Shown here: in pieces, positions 46,308-57,299 of the stretch
How the letters are laid out: every line of letters starts with the position of its first letter
Numbering within the stretch: the first letter of the stretch is position 1
Assembly: GCA_963736005.1 (NCBI GenBank)
Contig: CAVTNB010000003.1
Span: forward strand, 384,001 to 448,000
Length of the DNA stretch: 64,000 bases
Source of the DNA: an uncultured Pseudomonadota bacterium
GTDB taxonomy: Bacteria > Vulcanimicrobiota > Vulcanimicrobiia > Eremiobacterales > Eremiobacteraceae
Reading direction: 5' to 3'
The notes under the pieces: generated by a model
Database searches by the model: none
What the model was told of the DNA's origin: nothing
What the model saw: the letters and a program-made list of their open reading frames with translations, nothing else
Program-made: the position numbers and the translations under genes

Positions 46308-49048
46308 ATCAGTTGGCGCAAGACGTATGGGAGAATTCCTTCGTGTCGGTAGTACTCGGCCTCATCCGGCGTATCGATCCTCGCACGAACCATGAATTGC
46401 GTTTTCTTCCCGTCTTTGGTGCGCGCGCTCACGGAGAGACGTGCTCCCACACCAACACCGCCGGCAATGCCTGTGACGTCATACACCTCTTCGCCACTCA
46501 AGCCAAGCGTTTCAGCACGTTGTCCGGCGTCGAACTCAAGCGGCAAGACGCCCATCCCTATGAGATTGCTACGATGAATGCGTTCAAAACTTTCCGCGAT
46601 CACGGCGGCGATGCCGAGCAGTTTGGGCCCCTTTGCCGCCCAGTCGCGCGAGGAACCAGAGCCATATTCCTTGCCCGCGATCACGAGCAAGGGGATGCCT
46701 TCGGATTGGTAGCGCAGCGACGCATCGAAAATCGACATCTGTTCGTTGCTCGGCAGGTGCCGCGTGACGCCCCCTTCAGTTCCCGGCGCGAGTTTGTTGC
46801 GCAACCGAATATTCGCAAACGTGCCTCGCATCATCACTTCGTGGTTGCCCCGGCGCGCGCCATACGAATTGAAATCCGCAGGGCTGACGCCGCGCTCGAT
46901 GAGATACGCACCCGCCGGACTGTTCTTGGCAATATTGCCTGCGGGCGAGATGTGGTCGGTCGTCACAGAATCGCCTAACACGGCAAGCACGCGCGCGTCA
47001 ACAATATCTCGGCGCGGCTGCGGGGTTGCGGACATTCCGTCAAAAAATGGCGGGCGGCGGACGTATGTTGACCCGGAGTCCCAGGCGAAGCGCTCGTCCG
47101 CCGACACGCGCAACCCTTTCCAGCGCTCGTCACCACCGAACGCGTCAGCATACTGGCGCCGGAACATTGACTCCGCAACGCACTCGGCGACCGTCGCTCC
47201 GATCTGTTCGGGTGAAGGCCAGATGTCTTTGAGATAGACGGGCTGCCCCGACGCATCGTGACCCAACGGCTCGCTCAGTGGATCGAAATCCATCGTACCG
47301 GCCAGCGCGTATGCCACGACAAGCGGCGGCGAGGCAAGATAATTCGCCCGCACGAGCGGGTGGATGCGGCCTTCAAAATTCCGGTTGCCTGAGAGGACAG
47401 CGCAGACAACCAGCTCGTGCTCGGTGATCGCTTGCGCGATGGCTTCGTCGAGCGGGCCACTGTTGCCGATGCACGTCGTGCAGCCGTAGCCGACAAGATA
47501 GAACCCGAGCTTTTCCAGATAGGGCGTCAGACCGGCCTTGAGCAGATAATCGGTAACAACTTTGGAGCCTGGCGCGAGACTTGTTTTTACCCAGGGCCGC
47601 GCGGAAAGACCGCGATCGACTGCATTTTTGGCGAGCAACCCCGCGCCGACCATGACGCTGGGATTCGATGTGTTCGTGCAACTCGTGATTGCCGCAATCA
47701 CGACGGCGCCGTCGTGAAGGTCAATATTTTCTCCGAGCTTCGTGCAATAGGTCGCCTTGCGCCGAGGTGCCGCGGTAGTTACACTGCCACCTTCGGACGC
47801 CCACTGTTCGACTGCCCCAGGGGAAGCCTTGGCCGGACTGCGCCCTTGCTCGAAGGCTGCCAGAGCGCTTTCAAAGCTGGCCTTCGCCAGGCGCAGGGGC
47901 ACTCGATCTTGCGGGCGCTTTGGGCCCGCAAGCGACGGTTCAACGTTTGCGAGATCGAGTTCGAGGACGTCGGTGAAGAGGGGATCCGGGGAACTGTCCG
48001 TGCGGAACAAGCCTTGCGCACGCGCATACGCGCGAACGAGATCGATGCGCTCGCGGGCGCGCCCAGTGAGTCGCATGTACTCTAATGTAGCATCGTCGAT
48101 CGGAAAGATGGCAACCGTCGATCCGTATTCGGGAGACATGTTACCGATGGTCGCTCGGTCAGCGACACTCAGACTCGACAACCCCGTGCCGAAGAACTCG
48201 ACAAACTTATTGACCACGCCTCGCTTGCGCAGCATTTCCGTCACGGTGAGCACAAGGTCCGTGGCAGTGGCACCCTCGGGCATTTTCCCCGTGATGCGAA
48301 AGCCAATGACTTCGGGAATGAGCATGGTGAGGGGTTGCCCCAGCATTGCCGCCTCGGCTTCGATCCCTCCAACGCCCCAACCCAAGACGCCCAATCCGTT
48401 GATCATGGTTGTGTGCGAGTCGGTGCCCACAAGCGAATCAGGGTAGACGATGGTTTCTCCGTCGCGCTCCTGCTCAAAAACAACGCGGGCGAGGTACTCG
48501 AGGTTGACCTGGTGCACGATGCCAGTGTCGGGTGGCATCGCGACGAATCGGTTCAAAGATTGCTGGGCCCATTTGAGCAATGCGTAACGCTCGCGATTGC
48601 GCTCGAATTCCAAGTCCGCGTTGATGCGAAAGGCGCCAAGATTCCCCCATGCGTCGACTTGCACCGAGTGGTCAATGACGAGTTCAACGTCTTGCAGAGG
48701 ATTGATGCGCCTGGGATTGCCGCCGAGCTCGGCCATCGCGTCGCGCATGGCTGCCAGGTCGACCACCGCCGGCACACCGGTGAAGTCTTGGAGCAGCACC
48801 CGCGCGGGATACATTGCAATGTTGGCAGTGGATGGTGAAGCGGGGTTCCAGGATGCGAGGGCCTTGATTTGATCGGCGGTGACGGAGCGCCCATCTTCGC
48901 GGCGCAACAAATTTTCCAGGATGATCTTGAGCGAGAACGGGAGACGCGAAGGGTGGCCCACGCCAGCGCGCTCGAGCTTTTCGAGGCTCCAATAGGAGAG
49001 CTGACGCTCACCGACTTCGAGCTTGGCCTTGACTTCGAACGTATCCAT
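46304..49048 (-). CDS. acnA: Aconitate hydratase A
   Basis: QDFTGVP, DHSV, GTDSHT, ITSCTNTSN, GCTTCIGNSG, GSSRDWAAKG. Confidence 0.97.
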   Translation of the reverse strand: MDTFEVKAKLEVGERQLSYWSLEKLERAGVGHPSRLPFSLKIILENLLRREDGRSVTADQIKALASWNPASPSTANIAMYPARVLLQDFTGVPAVVDLAAMRDAMAELGGNPRRINPLQDVELVIDHSVQVDAWGNLGAFRINADLEFERNRERYALLKWAQQSLNRFVAMPPDTGIVHQVNLEYLARVVFEQERDGETIVYPDSLVGTDSHTTMINGLGVLGWGVGGIEAEAAMLGQPLTMLIPEVIGFRITGKMPEGATATDLVLTVTEMLRKRGVVNKFVEFFGTGLSSLSVADRATIGNMSPEYGSTVAIFPIDDATLEYMRLTGRARERIDLVRAYARAQGLFRTDSSPDPLFTDVLELDLANVEPSLAGPKRPQDRVPLRLAKASFESALAAFEQGRSPAKASPGAVEQWASEGGSVTTAAPRRKATYCTKLGENIDLHDGAVVIAAITSCTNTSNPSVMVGAGLLAKNAVDRGLSARPWVKTSLAPGSKVVTDYLLKAGLTPYLEKLGFYLVGYGCTTCIGNSGPLDEAIAQAITEHELVVCAVLSGNRNFEGRIHPLVRANYLASPPLVVAYALAGTMDFDPLSEPLGHDASGQPVYLKDIWPSPEQIGATVAECVAESMFRRQYADAFGGDERWKGLRVSADERFAWDSGSTYVRRPPFFDGMSATPQPRRDIVDARVLAVLGDSVTTDHISPAGNIAKNSPAGAYLIERGVSPADFNSYGARRGNHEVMMRGTFANIRLRNKLAPGTEGGVTRHLPSNEQMSIFDASLRYQSEGIPLLVIAGKEYGSGSSRDWAAKGPKLLGIAAVIAESFERIHRSNLIGMGVLPLEFDAGQRAETLGLSGEEVYDVTGIAGGVGVGARLSVSARTKDGKKTQFMVRARIDTPDEAEYYRHEGILPYVLRQLM

Positions 49049-49073
49049 GTTGCGCTTGCTCCGCCGAGAGATT

Positions 49074-49098
49074 GGGAGACTTGACAGTCGCCCGCTAC
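49074..49098 (-). repeat. REP family D (GTAGCGGGCGACTGTCAAGTCTCCC)
   Basis: Matches 42066-42085 and 3240-3264. Confidence 0.75.
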
Positions 49099-49108
49099 GC
49101 GTGGTTTA

Positions 49109-50558
49109 CTACGCGGGGCCGGCTGAGTAGCCTGGTTTCCCGTCGAACGTGTACAAGTGTTCCGTCTTGATGAAGTCGTAGCCCGCTTCCCCGATGCGAC
49201 CAAGCAGGGCAAGGATGTCACTGTGCGCGAGCACCGATCCATCTGACCCGAGGAATCTCGCCCGCCAATGGTCCGTGCAAAACGTCTCGGGGAAACCGCT
49301 CGGCCACACCACTGTCCCCCGATTGAACACTGCTTGAAGCTTCATTCGATTCGAACCTAGGCGGCTCAACGCCGCGCCCAACGCCTCCGGCTTCGCCGAA
49401 GCCAAGTCAAGATAGACGTCGACGCCGACCAGGGCTTTGGCCTGCGATTTCGCCGCTTGCATTGTGGTGGTGACCCGTTTGCTCGAGCTCGGCCTCTCGA
49501 TACGCCGCAGGCACGAGCCTCGTGGGAGTCTGCCCCAGCCTGGCGATGACTGCCTGGGCAAACTCCTTCGTTCCAACTTTCTCTTTGCTGAGCCCGTCTT
49601 TATGAATGTCATACGTATGGATGCCATCTTCGATTGTGCGCAGCCACGCGTTCTGCGCGCGCGCGGCGACGTCTATCTGACCGATGTGCAACAGCATCAG
49701 GATAGCGCCTTGCAGCAGCCCCGATGGGTTGGCAAGATTTTGATTTGCTCGGCGCGGCGCCGAGCCATGGATCGCCTCGAACATGGCGGCAACGTCGCCG
49801 ATGTTCGCTGAACCGGCAAGGCCCACCGACCCTGCAATCTGCGCCGCGACATCTGAAAGGATGTCGCCATACAGATTGGGCAGCACGAGCACGTCAAACG
49901 CCTCCGGCGTATCGGCGAGCTTGGCCGCCCCAATGTCGACAATCCAAAACTCGCTCGTCAGGTCTGGGTATTCTGTGGCAATTTCATCGAAGACCTTATG
50001 GAACAATCCATCGGTGATTTTGAGAATGTTGTCCTTAGCGAAGCACGTCACTTTCTTGCGGGCATTGGCGCGCGCATATTCAAATGCAAAGCGAACGACT
50101 TTCTCGCTGCCTGGACGCGAGATAAGCTTAAGTGCTTCGGTCATTTGCTGCGTCTGGCGGTACTCGATGCCACCGTACACGTCTTCTTCATTCTCACGCA
50201 CGATGATCAGATTCATCCCGGGGTATTTCGTTTCAACGAAGGGCGCGTAGGCGACGGCGGGTCGCACATTGGCGTACAAGCCAAGTGCGGTGCGCGTGGT
50301 GACGTTCAGGCTCTTATACCCGCCCCCTTGCGGCGTCGTGATGGGAGCCTTCAGAAAAACCCGCGTGCGGCGCAGCGACTCCCACGCGTTCGGCGCAATG
50401 CCTGCGGGGTTGCCCGCGAGGTAGACCTTCTCGCCGATTTCGATGACCTCGATATCCAACGCCGCGCCCGCTGCGATGATGATGTCAAGCGTCGCGCGCA
50501 TGATCTCGGGGCCGATGCCGTCGCCATAGGCGACCGTGATCGGTGTTTTTGACGTCAT
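49109..50558 (-). pseudogene. icd: NADP-dependent isocitrate dehydrogenase with a frameshift near 49500 (probably sequence error)
   Basis: GDGIGPEI, KAPITTPQGGGYKSLNV, NLYGDILSD, FEAIHGSAP in one frame; C-terminal LVGVDVYL, NRG, TFCTDHWR, KTEHLY in another. Confidence 0.9.
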
Positions 50559-50709
50559 GGATATCCTCGAGGAAAGGAGCTTTGTGGAAGCTTCATGGGC
50601 CCGCCAGCAGCTCTCCTGTTCGCCTTTCGCGTTATGTCGGCGCATGGTATCGTCCCTCGTCCCCAAAACACCCGCACGAAGATTTTCCGCGACGAGCGAG
50701 GTGGGTTTC

Positions 50710-52257
50710 GTGTCCAATCCAGCCGCCGTGCTCGGCCAAGTGGGGCTGCGTGGTCTCGCCTCGCCTCTCGCGATCACGCGCGTTGCGTGGATCGTTGTCG
50801 TTGCGACGACAGTTTTGCGTCTGGTGGTCGCTGCTCGGCTCCCGCTCTCCGGCGATGAAGCGTACTATTGGGAATGGAGCCGCCGCCTCGCGTTCGGTTA
50901 TGTCGATCATCCCCCGATGGTGGCATGGCTCATCGCGCTGTCGACTCTCGGCGCGAAGAGTGTATTTTTGATCCGACTTCCCTTTGTGCTCTGCGGTCTC
51001 GGGTCAGCCATTGCTCTATCTGCCTTTGCCACGCGAGCTGCTGGGGACGAGCGAGCTGGAGCCGTTGCCGCGCTCTTGTTGTCGCTCGCACCGTTTGCAA
51101 CCATCGCTTTTACGATGGCCGCCCCGGATGGCCCCGAACTTTTCTTTTGGAGTCTGTCGCTGTATTTGGCGCTCCGCGCGTTAGACGCAAGCGCTCCAAG
51201 CTGGCGAGTGCCGCTCGCGCTCGCGGTAGCCCTTGCTATTCTCTCAAGCGTGTTGGGCGCGTTCTTGGCGGTTGGCGTCGCGTATGCGCTCGTCCTCAGC
51301 ACGAGTCCAGCGATCGTGCGACGCCTACACGTTCGACCCGATCAAAACGCCCTGGTGGCGGCGCTGCTCTTCGCCGTGACCATCAGCCCGTATCTTTTCT
51401 GGGATGCGTCGCATGGATGGCAGGCTCTGCGCTTCGCATTGCTCGGGCGCCACACGCCTATTCCGGAAGGCAACTTTCTCACGCTTATCGGGCTCACCGT
51501 TGCTGTGTTGACGCCGGGGATTTTTCTCGCAGCATTTCCTGCCTGCGTGCGGCTGCTCCGAGGGTCCTCGCTCGTCGAGCGGCTGCTCCTGGCAACCTCC
51601 CTACCGTTGCTCGCCCTTTGTTGCTTACTCTCGCTGCGTGAGAAGGTCGAGTTCAACTGGATCGATGGAGCATTCGTCTCGTTGATTGCCGCGATAGGAT
51701 TTTATGCCCCACGGATGTTCAATCGCACGAGCTTCCTCTTCGTCGCAGTACCAGCTGGCATTCTCAGCGCAATCCTTTTTCTCGTTGCCATCACGCCTAT
51801 CGGGTCCCTTCGGTTTGTCGAGCACACGTTGGGCATTCATCTTCGCAACCAAGGCGCGTTTGAAATCTGGGCTTTTGAGCCGGCTGCCCGCGACCTTGTC
51901 AAAGAGGCAGCGGCGAGCGGCGCGATGGTTATGACTGACGGCTATGGTCTTTCCAGCGTGCTCGATTTCTACGCTGGCATTCCCCCGGTTGTCATCGGTT
52001 ACGATCGGCAGGGCCAGGAGGCTCGCGGATGGCTGGGCGGTCAGATGCCGCCAACGGCGATTTTTTTCGATAAAGAGCCGCTTGGATCGCGACCAGACTT
52101 CCAACAGCAGCTTGCGCGCGCGTGCGCGGTTGTGACCGATGATGGAACGCGAACCTACTCCATCGATGGTCAGGTAACGCGGACGTTTTATTTGACCCGC
52201 TGTGAGGGCCTCACACCGGCCGGCTTTTCGCTGCTGCTTTTCAAGAACAAGGTATAA
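50710..52257 (+). CDS. Glycosyltransferase family 39 / ArnT-like membrane protein
   Basis: DEAYYWEWSR-L-FGY-DHPPMVAW; multiple TM segments; start uncertain. Confidence 0.85.
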   Translation: MSNPAAVLGQVGLRGLASPLAITRVAWIVVVATTVLRLVVAARLPLSGDEAYYWEWSRRLAFGYVDHPPMVAWLIALSTLGAKSVFLIRLPFVLCGLGSAIALSAFATRAAGDERAGAVAALLLSLAPFATIAFTMAAPDGPELFFWSLSLYLALRALDASAPSWRVPLALAVALAILSSVLGAFLAVGVAYALVLSTSPAIVRRLHVRPDQNALVAALLFAVTISPYLFWDASHGWQALRFALLGRHTPIPEGNFLTLIGLTVAVLTPGIFLAAFPACVRLLRGSSLVERLLLATSLPLLALCCLLSLREKVEFNWIDGAFVSLIAAIGFYAPRMFNRTSFLFVAVPAGILSAILFLVAITPIGSLRFVEHTLGIHLRNQGAFEIWAFEPAARDLVKEAAASGAMVMTDGYGLSSVLDFYAGIPPVVIGYDRQGQEARGWLGGQMPPTAIFFDKEPLGSRPDFQQQLARACAVVTDDGTRTYSIDGQVTRTFYLTRCEGLTPAGFSLLLFKNKV

Positions 52258-52304
52258 CGTCGGGAGAAGGGGCGACCGACAGATGGGGGCAAATCAGTTG
52301 GCAC

Positions 52305-52610
52305 ATGGACACGAGCACGTATGCTGCCGCTTCCTTTACGCTTTTGCGCGATGCAACCGCTGCTATCGATTGGTTTCGCAACCAAGGGATCGCGCCTGAA
52401 TCCATTCTTGTTGCCGCCCAGCCACCGGGTGAGCCACCGCGCGCGCCGCGCCGTGGTGACAATCTGCGCAGCGATCTCACCTGGGTCGTTGCCCTCGATC
52501 TGCAAGCGGCGGCGCTTCCGCGTTCGGTTGTCCGTGGCACGTTCCAACGCGAGGGCGGTAAGAATCTTTCGCGGGTTCCGACGTTTTCGTTTCTTACGGA
52601 GCGGACCTAA
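52305..52610 (+). CDS. Hypothetical protein (101 aa)
   Basis: Co-directional ORF filling the gap; its TAA lies in a REP loop. Confidence 0.55.
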   Translation: MDTSTYAAASFTLLRDATAAIDWFRNQGIAPESILVAAQPPGEPPRAPRRGDNLRSDLTWVVALDLQAAALPRSVVRGTFQREGGKNLSRVPTFSFLTERT

Positions 52611-52686
52611 AGGTCCGCTGCTACACCTTAGCGGACCTAGAGGTCCGCTGCTACACCTTAGCGGACCTAGAGGTTCGCTGCTCCAT
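52600..52686 (-). repeat. Three tandem family-A REPs with 30-bp period
   Basis: agcggacctaRaggtccgctgctacacctt repeated about 3 times. Confidence 0.9.
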
Positions 52687-52706
52687 AAGGCAAAGGCGAT
52701 GGTGCC

Positions 52707-53321
52707 ATGATCGTAGCCATCGGCCGAGAACTTGGCTCAGGCGGCAGAGAAGTCGGCGAGCGCGTTGCGCGGGAACTTGGCGCGGAACTGCTCGACAATC
52801 AAATCATCGATCTCGTCGCCGCTCGCATTGGGGCACCCACGGCCTACGTGCGGGCGCGCGATGAAAACGTTGAAACGTTCGTCGACCGGCTCTTTCGCGT
52901 CATCACGTCAGCCTATCCTGAAGCGTACGCCGCCGAGGGATTGCCCGACTGGTCCGAAGAGCGCATGGTGCAGCTGACCGGAAGCATTATCCAAGAGCAC
53001 GCCGGCGCCGCTTCGCTGGTGGTCATTGGCAGGGGAGCTCCGATGTTGCTGCGCGAGCGCCGCGACGCCGTGCGCGTGTTCATCACGGCGCCGGTGAGCG
53101 TGCGGGTTGCGCGTTTACGCGAACGAACCGGGTGCAGCGCGGACGATGCGGCGCGCGAGATCAAAAAGTCCGACCAGCACCGCTTTGCGTACATGCAGCA
53201 GTATTACAGTGTGGACTGGCGGGATCCGACGCTGTACGACCTCATCGTCAACACAGAGCATGTGAACGTCGACGCGGCCACGAGCCTTATCATCCAAGCA
53301 GGCAGGTCGATGCTCATGTAG
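52707..53321 (+). CDS. Cytidylate kinase-like family protein
   Basis: IGRELGSGG, VIGRGA, D-R-Y, YDLIVNT. Confidence 0.85.
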   Translation: MIVAIGRELGSGGREVGERVARELGAELLDNQIIDLVAARIGAPTAYVRARDENVETFVDRLFRVITSAYPEAYAAEGLPDWSEERMVQLTGSIIQEHAGAASLVVIGRGAPMLLRERRDAVRVFITAPVSVRVARLRERTGCSADDAAREIKKSDQHRFAYMQQYYSVDWRDPTLYDLIVNTEHVNVDAATSLIIQAGRSMLM

Positions 53322-53342
53322 TCGCGCGAATTTATTCGCGCG
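53318..53342 (+). repeat. REP family B; its TAG is the stop of the cytidylate kinase-like gene
   Basis: gtagtcgcgcgaatttattcgcgcg. Confidence 0.85.
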
Positions 53343-53359
53343 ATTTCTATTCGCGTTTG

Positions 53360-54664
53360 CTAGGCAGTGATCGCGGCCAAGGCCGGACCTTCGCCGATGG
53401 CGCAGACAGCTGCTGCGTCCCAACGCAGACGCTGTCGCGAAAATGCATTGAACTCGCGGGCGCTGATGGTCTTGAGCATTGCGAGTTCCTGTGCAGGCGT
53501 CACCAATTCTTGATCCAAGAGCGCGAGTTCGGCGTAGCGCGCCGCGTTGGCAGCATTCCATTCGGCAATGAGCTCGATCTGCGCTGACAACGCCTCTTTA
53601 CCACGCATCACTTCGTCCTTCGTGAAGCCAGCTGCAGCGGTGTCGGCAAGAATTCGCTTCGTTTCCTTCAGCGCCAGTGCAGCGCGAGCTCGACCGACGG
53701 CTGCCATGGCGCTCATGACGCCGATGTCGGCGTAAAAGTCGAGCGTGGCGTAGACCTCATACGCAAGCCCGAGCTGCTCGCGCAGCCCGTCCCACAGCCT
53801 GCTTCCATCGCCATCGCCAACAAGAACCTGCGCAAGCTGGGTGCTGAGCACGGCGCGGTAGCCATCGGGATACGATGGCGTCGTGGTGGACAGTGAGAAC
53901 CACACTTGCTGGGTGTCGGCGCGGCGCAGCACCCTCGAACGACGGCCTTGTGGCGTAGATGGAGCGCCTGCGCCTCGCAGCCGCCGCGGCGGGAACGCGG
54001 CGTGGTGAGAAGCGCGCCACCTGCCAAAGTGTCGCTGCGCTGCGCCAATCATCTCCTCCGCGGTCATTGGCCCAGCCAGGCTCAGGACTGCGTTCGCCGG
54101 GTGAAAGAACTTGCGGTGAAACCGGCGGACATGCTGCCGCGTGATCTCGCGAATGCTTGCGCGCGAGCCACCGGTGTCACGGCCAAGCGGATGAGAACCC
54201 CACAGGGTCTTATCCGTGAGCACTTCAATGCGCTTGCTGGGATCGACTTCCCAGTCGCGCAACTCTTCTAAGACGACTTGCCGCTCGGTTTCCAAGTCGT
54301 GTGCATCAAAGAGCGGGCGCTGCGCCACGCTTGCAACCAAACCCAAAGCGGTATCCACCTTGCTCATCGGAACGGTGCCCGCGATCGAGATCATTTCTTT
54401 GCTCGTCGTCGGGTTGAAGCGATTGCCGCAGCGCTGCATGGTTGCCGCGATTTGATGACGTGAGAAATCTTGCGTCGATTTAAAGATGAGATGTTCCAGG
54501 AAGTGCGCGAGACCCGGACGCATGGGCGGATCGTACAGCGATCCGGCGCGAATCGCGAGCGTCAGGCTCAAACTGGCGGCGTGCTTCATCGGGGTCGTGA
54601 CAATGCGCAACCCGTTGCTCAGCGTGTGCTGCGCGGGCAAGTTGGTCGATCGCGGGCGGTACAT
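53360..54664 (-). CDS. M16 family zinc peptidase
   Basis: LSNGLRIV, GLAHFLEHLIFK (HxxEH), ERQVVLEE, LREQLGLAY. Confidence 0.88.
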   Translation of the reverse strand: MYRPRSTNLPAQHTLSNGLRIVTTPMKHAASLSLTLAIRAGSLYDPPMRPGLAHFLEHLIFKSTQDFSRHQIAATMQRCGNRFNPTTSKEMISIAGTVPMSKVDTALGLVASVAQRPLFDAHDLETERQVVLEELRDWEVDPSKRIEVLTDKTLWGSHPLGRDTGGSRASIREITRQHVRRFHRKFFHPANAVLSLAGPMTAEEMIGAAQRHFGRWRASHHAAFPPRRLRGAGAPSTPQGRRSRVLRRADTQQVWFSLSTTTPSYPDGYRAVLSTQLAQVLVGDGDGSRLWDGLREQLGLAYEVYATLDFYADIGVMSAMAAVGRARAALALKETKRILADTAAAGFTKDEVMRGKEALSAQIELIAEWNAANAARYAELALLDQELVTPAQELAMLKTISAREFNAFSRQRLRWDAAAVCAIGEGPALAAITA

Positions 54665-54844
54665 GGCGGGCCGGAGCTTTCCTGGTGGGAGGGGGGTCTG
54701 GCGCGCCTTGTCTATCACGCGGCCAGGACTCGATGTCTTCGACAACCCAACCCGGCTTCCGTGGCCGAGAGGGACGGTGTTATCAGGGTTTGCCGTCCCA
54801 ATTTCCAAGATACTTGGAGAATATTTCCGGGCCGAATGGACCCC

Positions 54845-55906
54845 TTAGTGCAGGGCGATACCGGCGGGATTGAGCATGGCTGGGCCCGCCACCGTCGCGT
54901 TGGGCAATGGGCCGCTACAGGCGAGATTGCCAAGGTTATTCGCTGCAAACGTGGTGATGTAACCTGACTGCCCAACCACAACCTGGGAGTTGACCACGAA
55001 CACGCTGCCAACCGAGTTCACCGCCACTCCGGTCGAATTGTTGACGCCCGTGTTCGGGCCACAGATCGCATTCACCGGAGAGATATTGTTCATCGTACCA
55101 CTGACGATCCCAGAATAGATCAGCACTTCATCGAAAGATGGCGCCGGATAGTTAACCGAAACATAGAGCCGCCCTGAAGCGTCAAATGCGATCCCCTGCG
55201 GAGTGCTGCCATTCAGCAACGTGTTCGGACCGCTGATCGTGGTCGTCGGCGGTATGTTTCCGTTCGGGTTGCTTGAGAGCGGAGGAAATTCTTCAATGGA
55301 ATTTCCGGATTGGTTGGCTACCCAGATATTCCCACCTGAGTCCAGCGCAATGAATCCAGGTGTGGAAAGACTTGTGGCTGCACCGCTAATGGTATTGCTT
55401 GCAACGTTCGAAGCCGGCGGGAAAATTTTAATGCTCGCGGTACCACCGTTGATTGCGCTGCTCGCAACGTACACGTTCCTTGCGGCGTCAACAGCCACGC
55501 CGATTGGGGTTGAGAGACCGGTGATGGAAAACGTCGGTGCGAGATTACCGTGACCCGCAACGGGATACTCGGTGACGGAGTTGCCGTTCACGCCAGAATT
55601 CGCGACATAAATCGTTCCGCTCGAGTCGATGGCGATGCCCTCAGGATGGAACATCCCGGTATTTGAGCCTTGGATCAGGCGAGCCTGATTGCAGCTGCCG
55701 CAATTGGCGTTCTGGCCGTAGACCAGGACTGAGTTGTTCGTGTAATCGGTGATGAACATCGCGCCACTCGATGGGGGCGGTGTGGGCGGCGCGGGGGTGG
55801 TCGACGAGTTATTGCACCCAGCCACGGCAAGAATGATGCCCACGGCCAGAGCTGGGATGGCCGTCACAGACCGATGGGAAAAACGCGACCTCATGGGAAT
55901 CTCCAT
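54845..55906 (-). CDS. NHL-repeat (beta-propeller) lipoprotein
   Basis: VAGC lipobox; repeated P-GIA-D-SG-IYVAN. Confidence 0.8.
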   Translation of the reverse strand: MEIPMRSRFSHRSVTAIPALAVGIILAVAGCNNSSTTPAPPTPPPSSGAMFITDYTNNSVLVYGQNANCGSCNQARLIQGSNTGMFHPEGIAIDSSGTIYVANSGVNGNSVTEYPVAGHGNLAPTFSITGLSTPIGVAVDAARNVYVASSAINGGTASIKIFPPASNVASNTISGAATSLSTPGFIALDSGGNIWVANQSGNSIEEFPPLSSNPNGNIPPTTTISGPNTLLNGSTPQGIAFDASGRLYVSVNYPAPSFDEVLIYSGIVSGTMNNISPVNAICGPNTGVNNSTGVAVNSVGSVFVVNSQVVVGQSGYITTFAANNLGNLACSGPLPNATVAGPAMLNPAGIALH

Positions 55907-56005
55907 CTTCTACACCAACCCTAAAATTGCGGAAGCTGACAAAATATCTCCTCTTTCTTCAAGCCAAGAGCGCTGCTGGTTCGTTCACTCTAATGTGATT
56001 GTAAT

Positions 56006-56629
56006 GTGATGAGCACGGCGATTTTTTATGAACGCTTCTCTTTCATCGGACTGCAAGGCATCGCTCCCGCTCCACAAGAAGCGGTCCGACCGGTGACTGA
56101 CGAGCGCGATCTCTTACGCCTAGTCCAAAGGTGCGACAAGGACGCTTTTGCCGATTTGTACGACCGTCACGCGTCGGTCGTGTACGGCATTTGCCGCCGG
56201 ATTCTCGGGGATCCCGCTGCCGCAGAGGATGTGACCCAATCCGTTTTTACCATGCTGTGGGCCAAGCCGACTGCATTCGCCGGTGGAAACTTTTCAGCGT
56301 GGATTACCAGAGTAGCCCGCAACGCCGCTCTCGACGTTGTGCGCAGCGCAGCAGTGCGGACACGCGAACCCGAAATGCCCGCAGACATCCCGGCCACAGG
56401 TGATCTCGAAGACCAAGTCGTCGCCCGGGTCCAATCCAATGCGATTGCAGGAGCGCTGGCGCAACTACCCGAGGAGCAACGCGAAGCGATCGAGCAAGCA
56501 TATTTCGGCGGCCTCTCCTATCGCGAGGTAGCGGAGAGGCTCGGTGCGCCGCTTGGAACCATCAAGAGCAGAATTCGCAGTGGTTTGCGACAGCTTTGGG
56601 ATGCTTTGCAGCAGCAGGTGGTGTTATGA
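56006..56629 (+). CDS. ECF sigma factor (SigK-like)
   Basis: AEDVTQ-VF, W-VARN-A-D, AYFGGLSYREVA, PLGTIKSRIR; start uncertain. Confidence 0.9.
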   Translation: MMSTAIFYERFSFIGLQGIAPAPQEAVRPVTDERDLLRLVQRCDKDAFADLYDRHASVVYGICRRILGDPAAAEDVTQSVFTMLWAKPTAFAGGNFSAWITRVARNAALDVVRSAAVRTREPEMPADIPATGDLEDQVVARVQSNAIAGALAQLPEEQREAIEQAYFGGLSYREVAERLGAPLGTIKSRIRSGLRQLWDALQQQVVL

Positions 56630-57291
56630 GCACGCAACACACACCCGAACTGCTTGAGATGGTCGCGGTGTATGCGCTAGGTGGCGTGGATGCGACGACT
56701 GGGGAATGTGCGGAACTTCGGGCTCACATCGCACAGTGCCCAATCTGCCAAGAAGAATTTCGTCGCAACGCGGCGACAGCCGCCGCGATCGGACGTTCTG
56801 CGGCCCAAGCACCGCCGCCAAGTCTGCGTGAGAAGATTCTCGCCTCGCTTCCGGCTCGCGTCACACCGCTTGCCCAGCGGCGGCAACCGACATGGTTCGT
56901 TCCCGCCGCCGCAGCGGCAGCGGTCGTCATCGCGGCCGGAATATGGTGGAACGCCCATCGGCAGTCCGGGCAGACGTGGGCTGCGACGTGCACGCCCACG
57001 GCACCCAGCTGTCACGCAAGTGGCGTGCTCAGTGTCGCGGGCGGAGCACTCGAGCTGCAGCTGCACGGCTTAGCCGCGCTGCCATCCGGGAAGCAATATC
57101 AAGCATGGCTGATCATGCCTGGTGCGGCTCCGAAACCCGAACCCGTTTTTTCCGCGAATCAAAGCGGCGATGGATCGGTTGCGATTCCTGAAGCGCCAGC
57201 CAAGGGAGACGTCGTGGCCGTGACGATCGAGCCCGCCGGCGGCTCGCAAAAGCCGACGACGGCGCCGTTTTTAGTCGCGAAGATCGATTGA
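56626..57291 (+). CDS. Anti-sigma factor (RskA-like, zinc-finger N-terminus)
   Basis: HIAQCPIC motif, TM segment, YQAWLI, AVTIEPAGGS-PT; ATGA-coupled to the sigma gene. Confidence 0.88.
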   Translation: MSTQHTPELLEMVAVYALGGVDATTGECAELRAHIAQCPICQEEFRRNAATAAAIGRSAAQAPPPSLREKILASLPARVTPLAQRRQPTWFVPAAAAAAVVIAAGIWWNAHRQSGQTWAATCTPTAPSCHASGVLSVAGGALELQLHGLAALPSGKQYQAWLIMPGAAPKPEPVFSANQSGDGSVAIPEAPAKGDVVAVTIEPAGGSQKPTTAPFLVAKID

Positions 57292-57299
57292 CTGAGCTC

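Noticed and set aside
52600..52686. CRISPR array
   Set aside because: 30-bp palindromic units are directly tandem with no unique spacers, no cas genes are present, and the unit is dispersed elsewhere as a REP.
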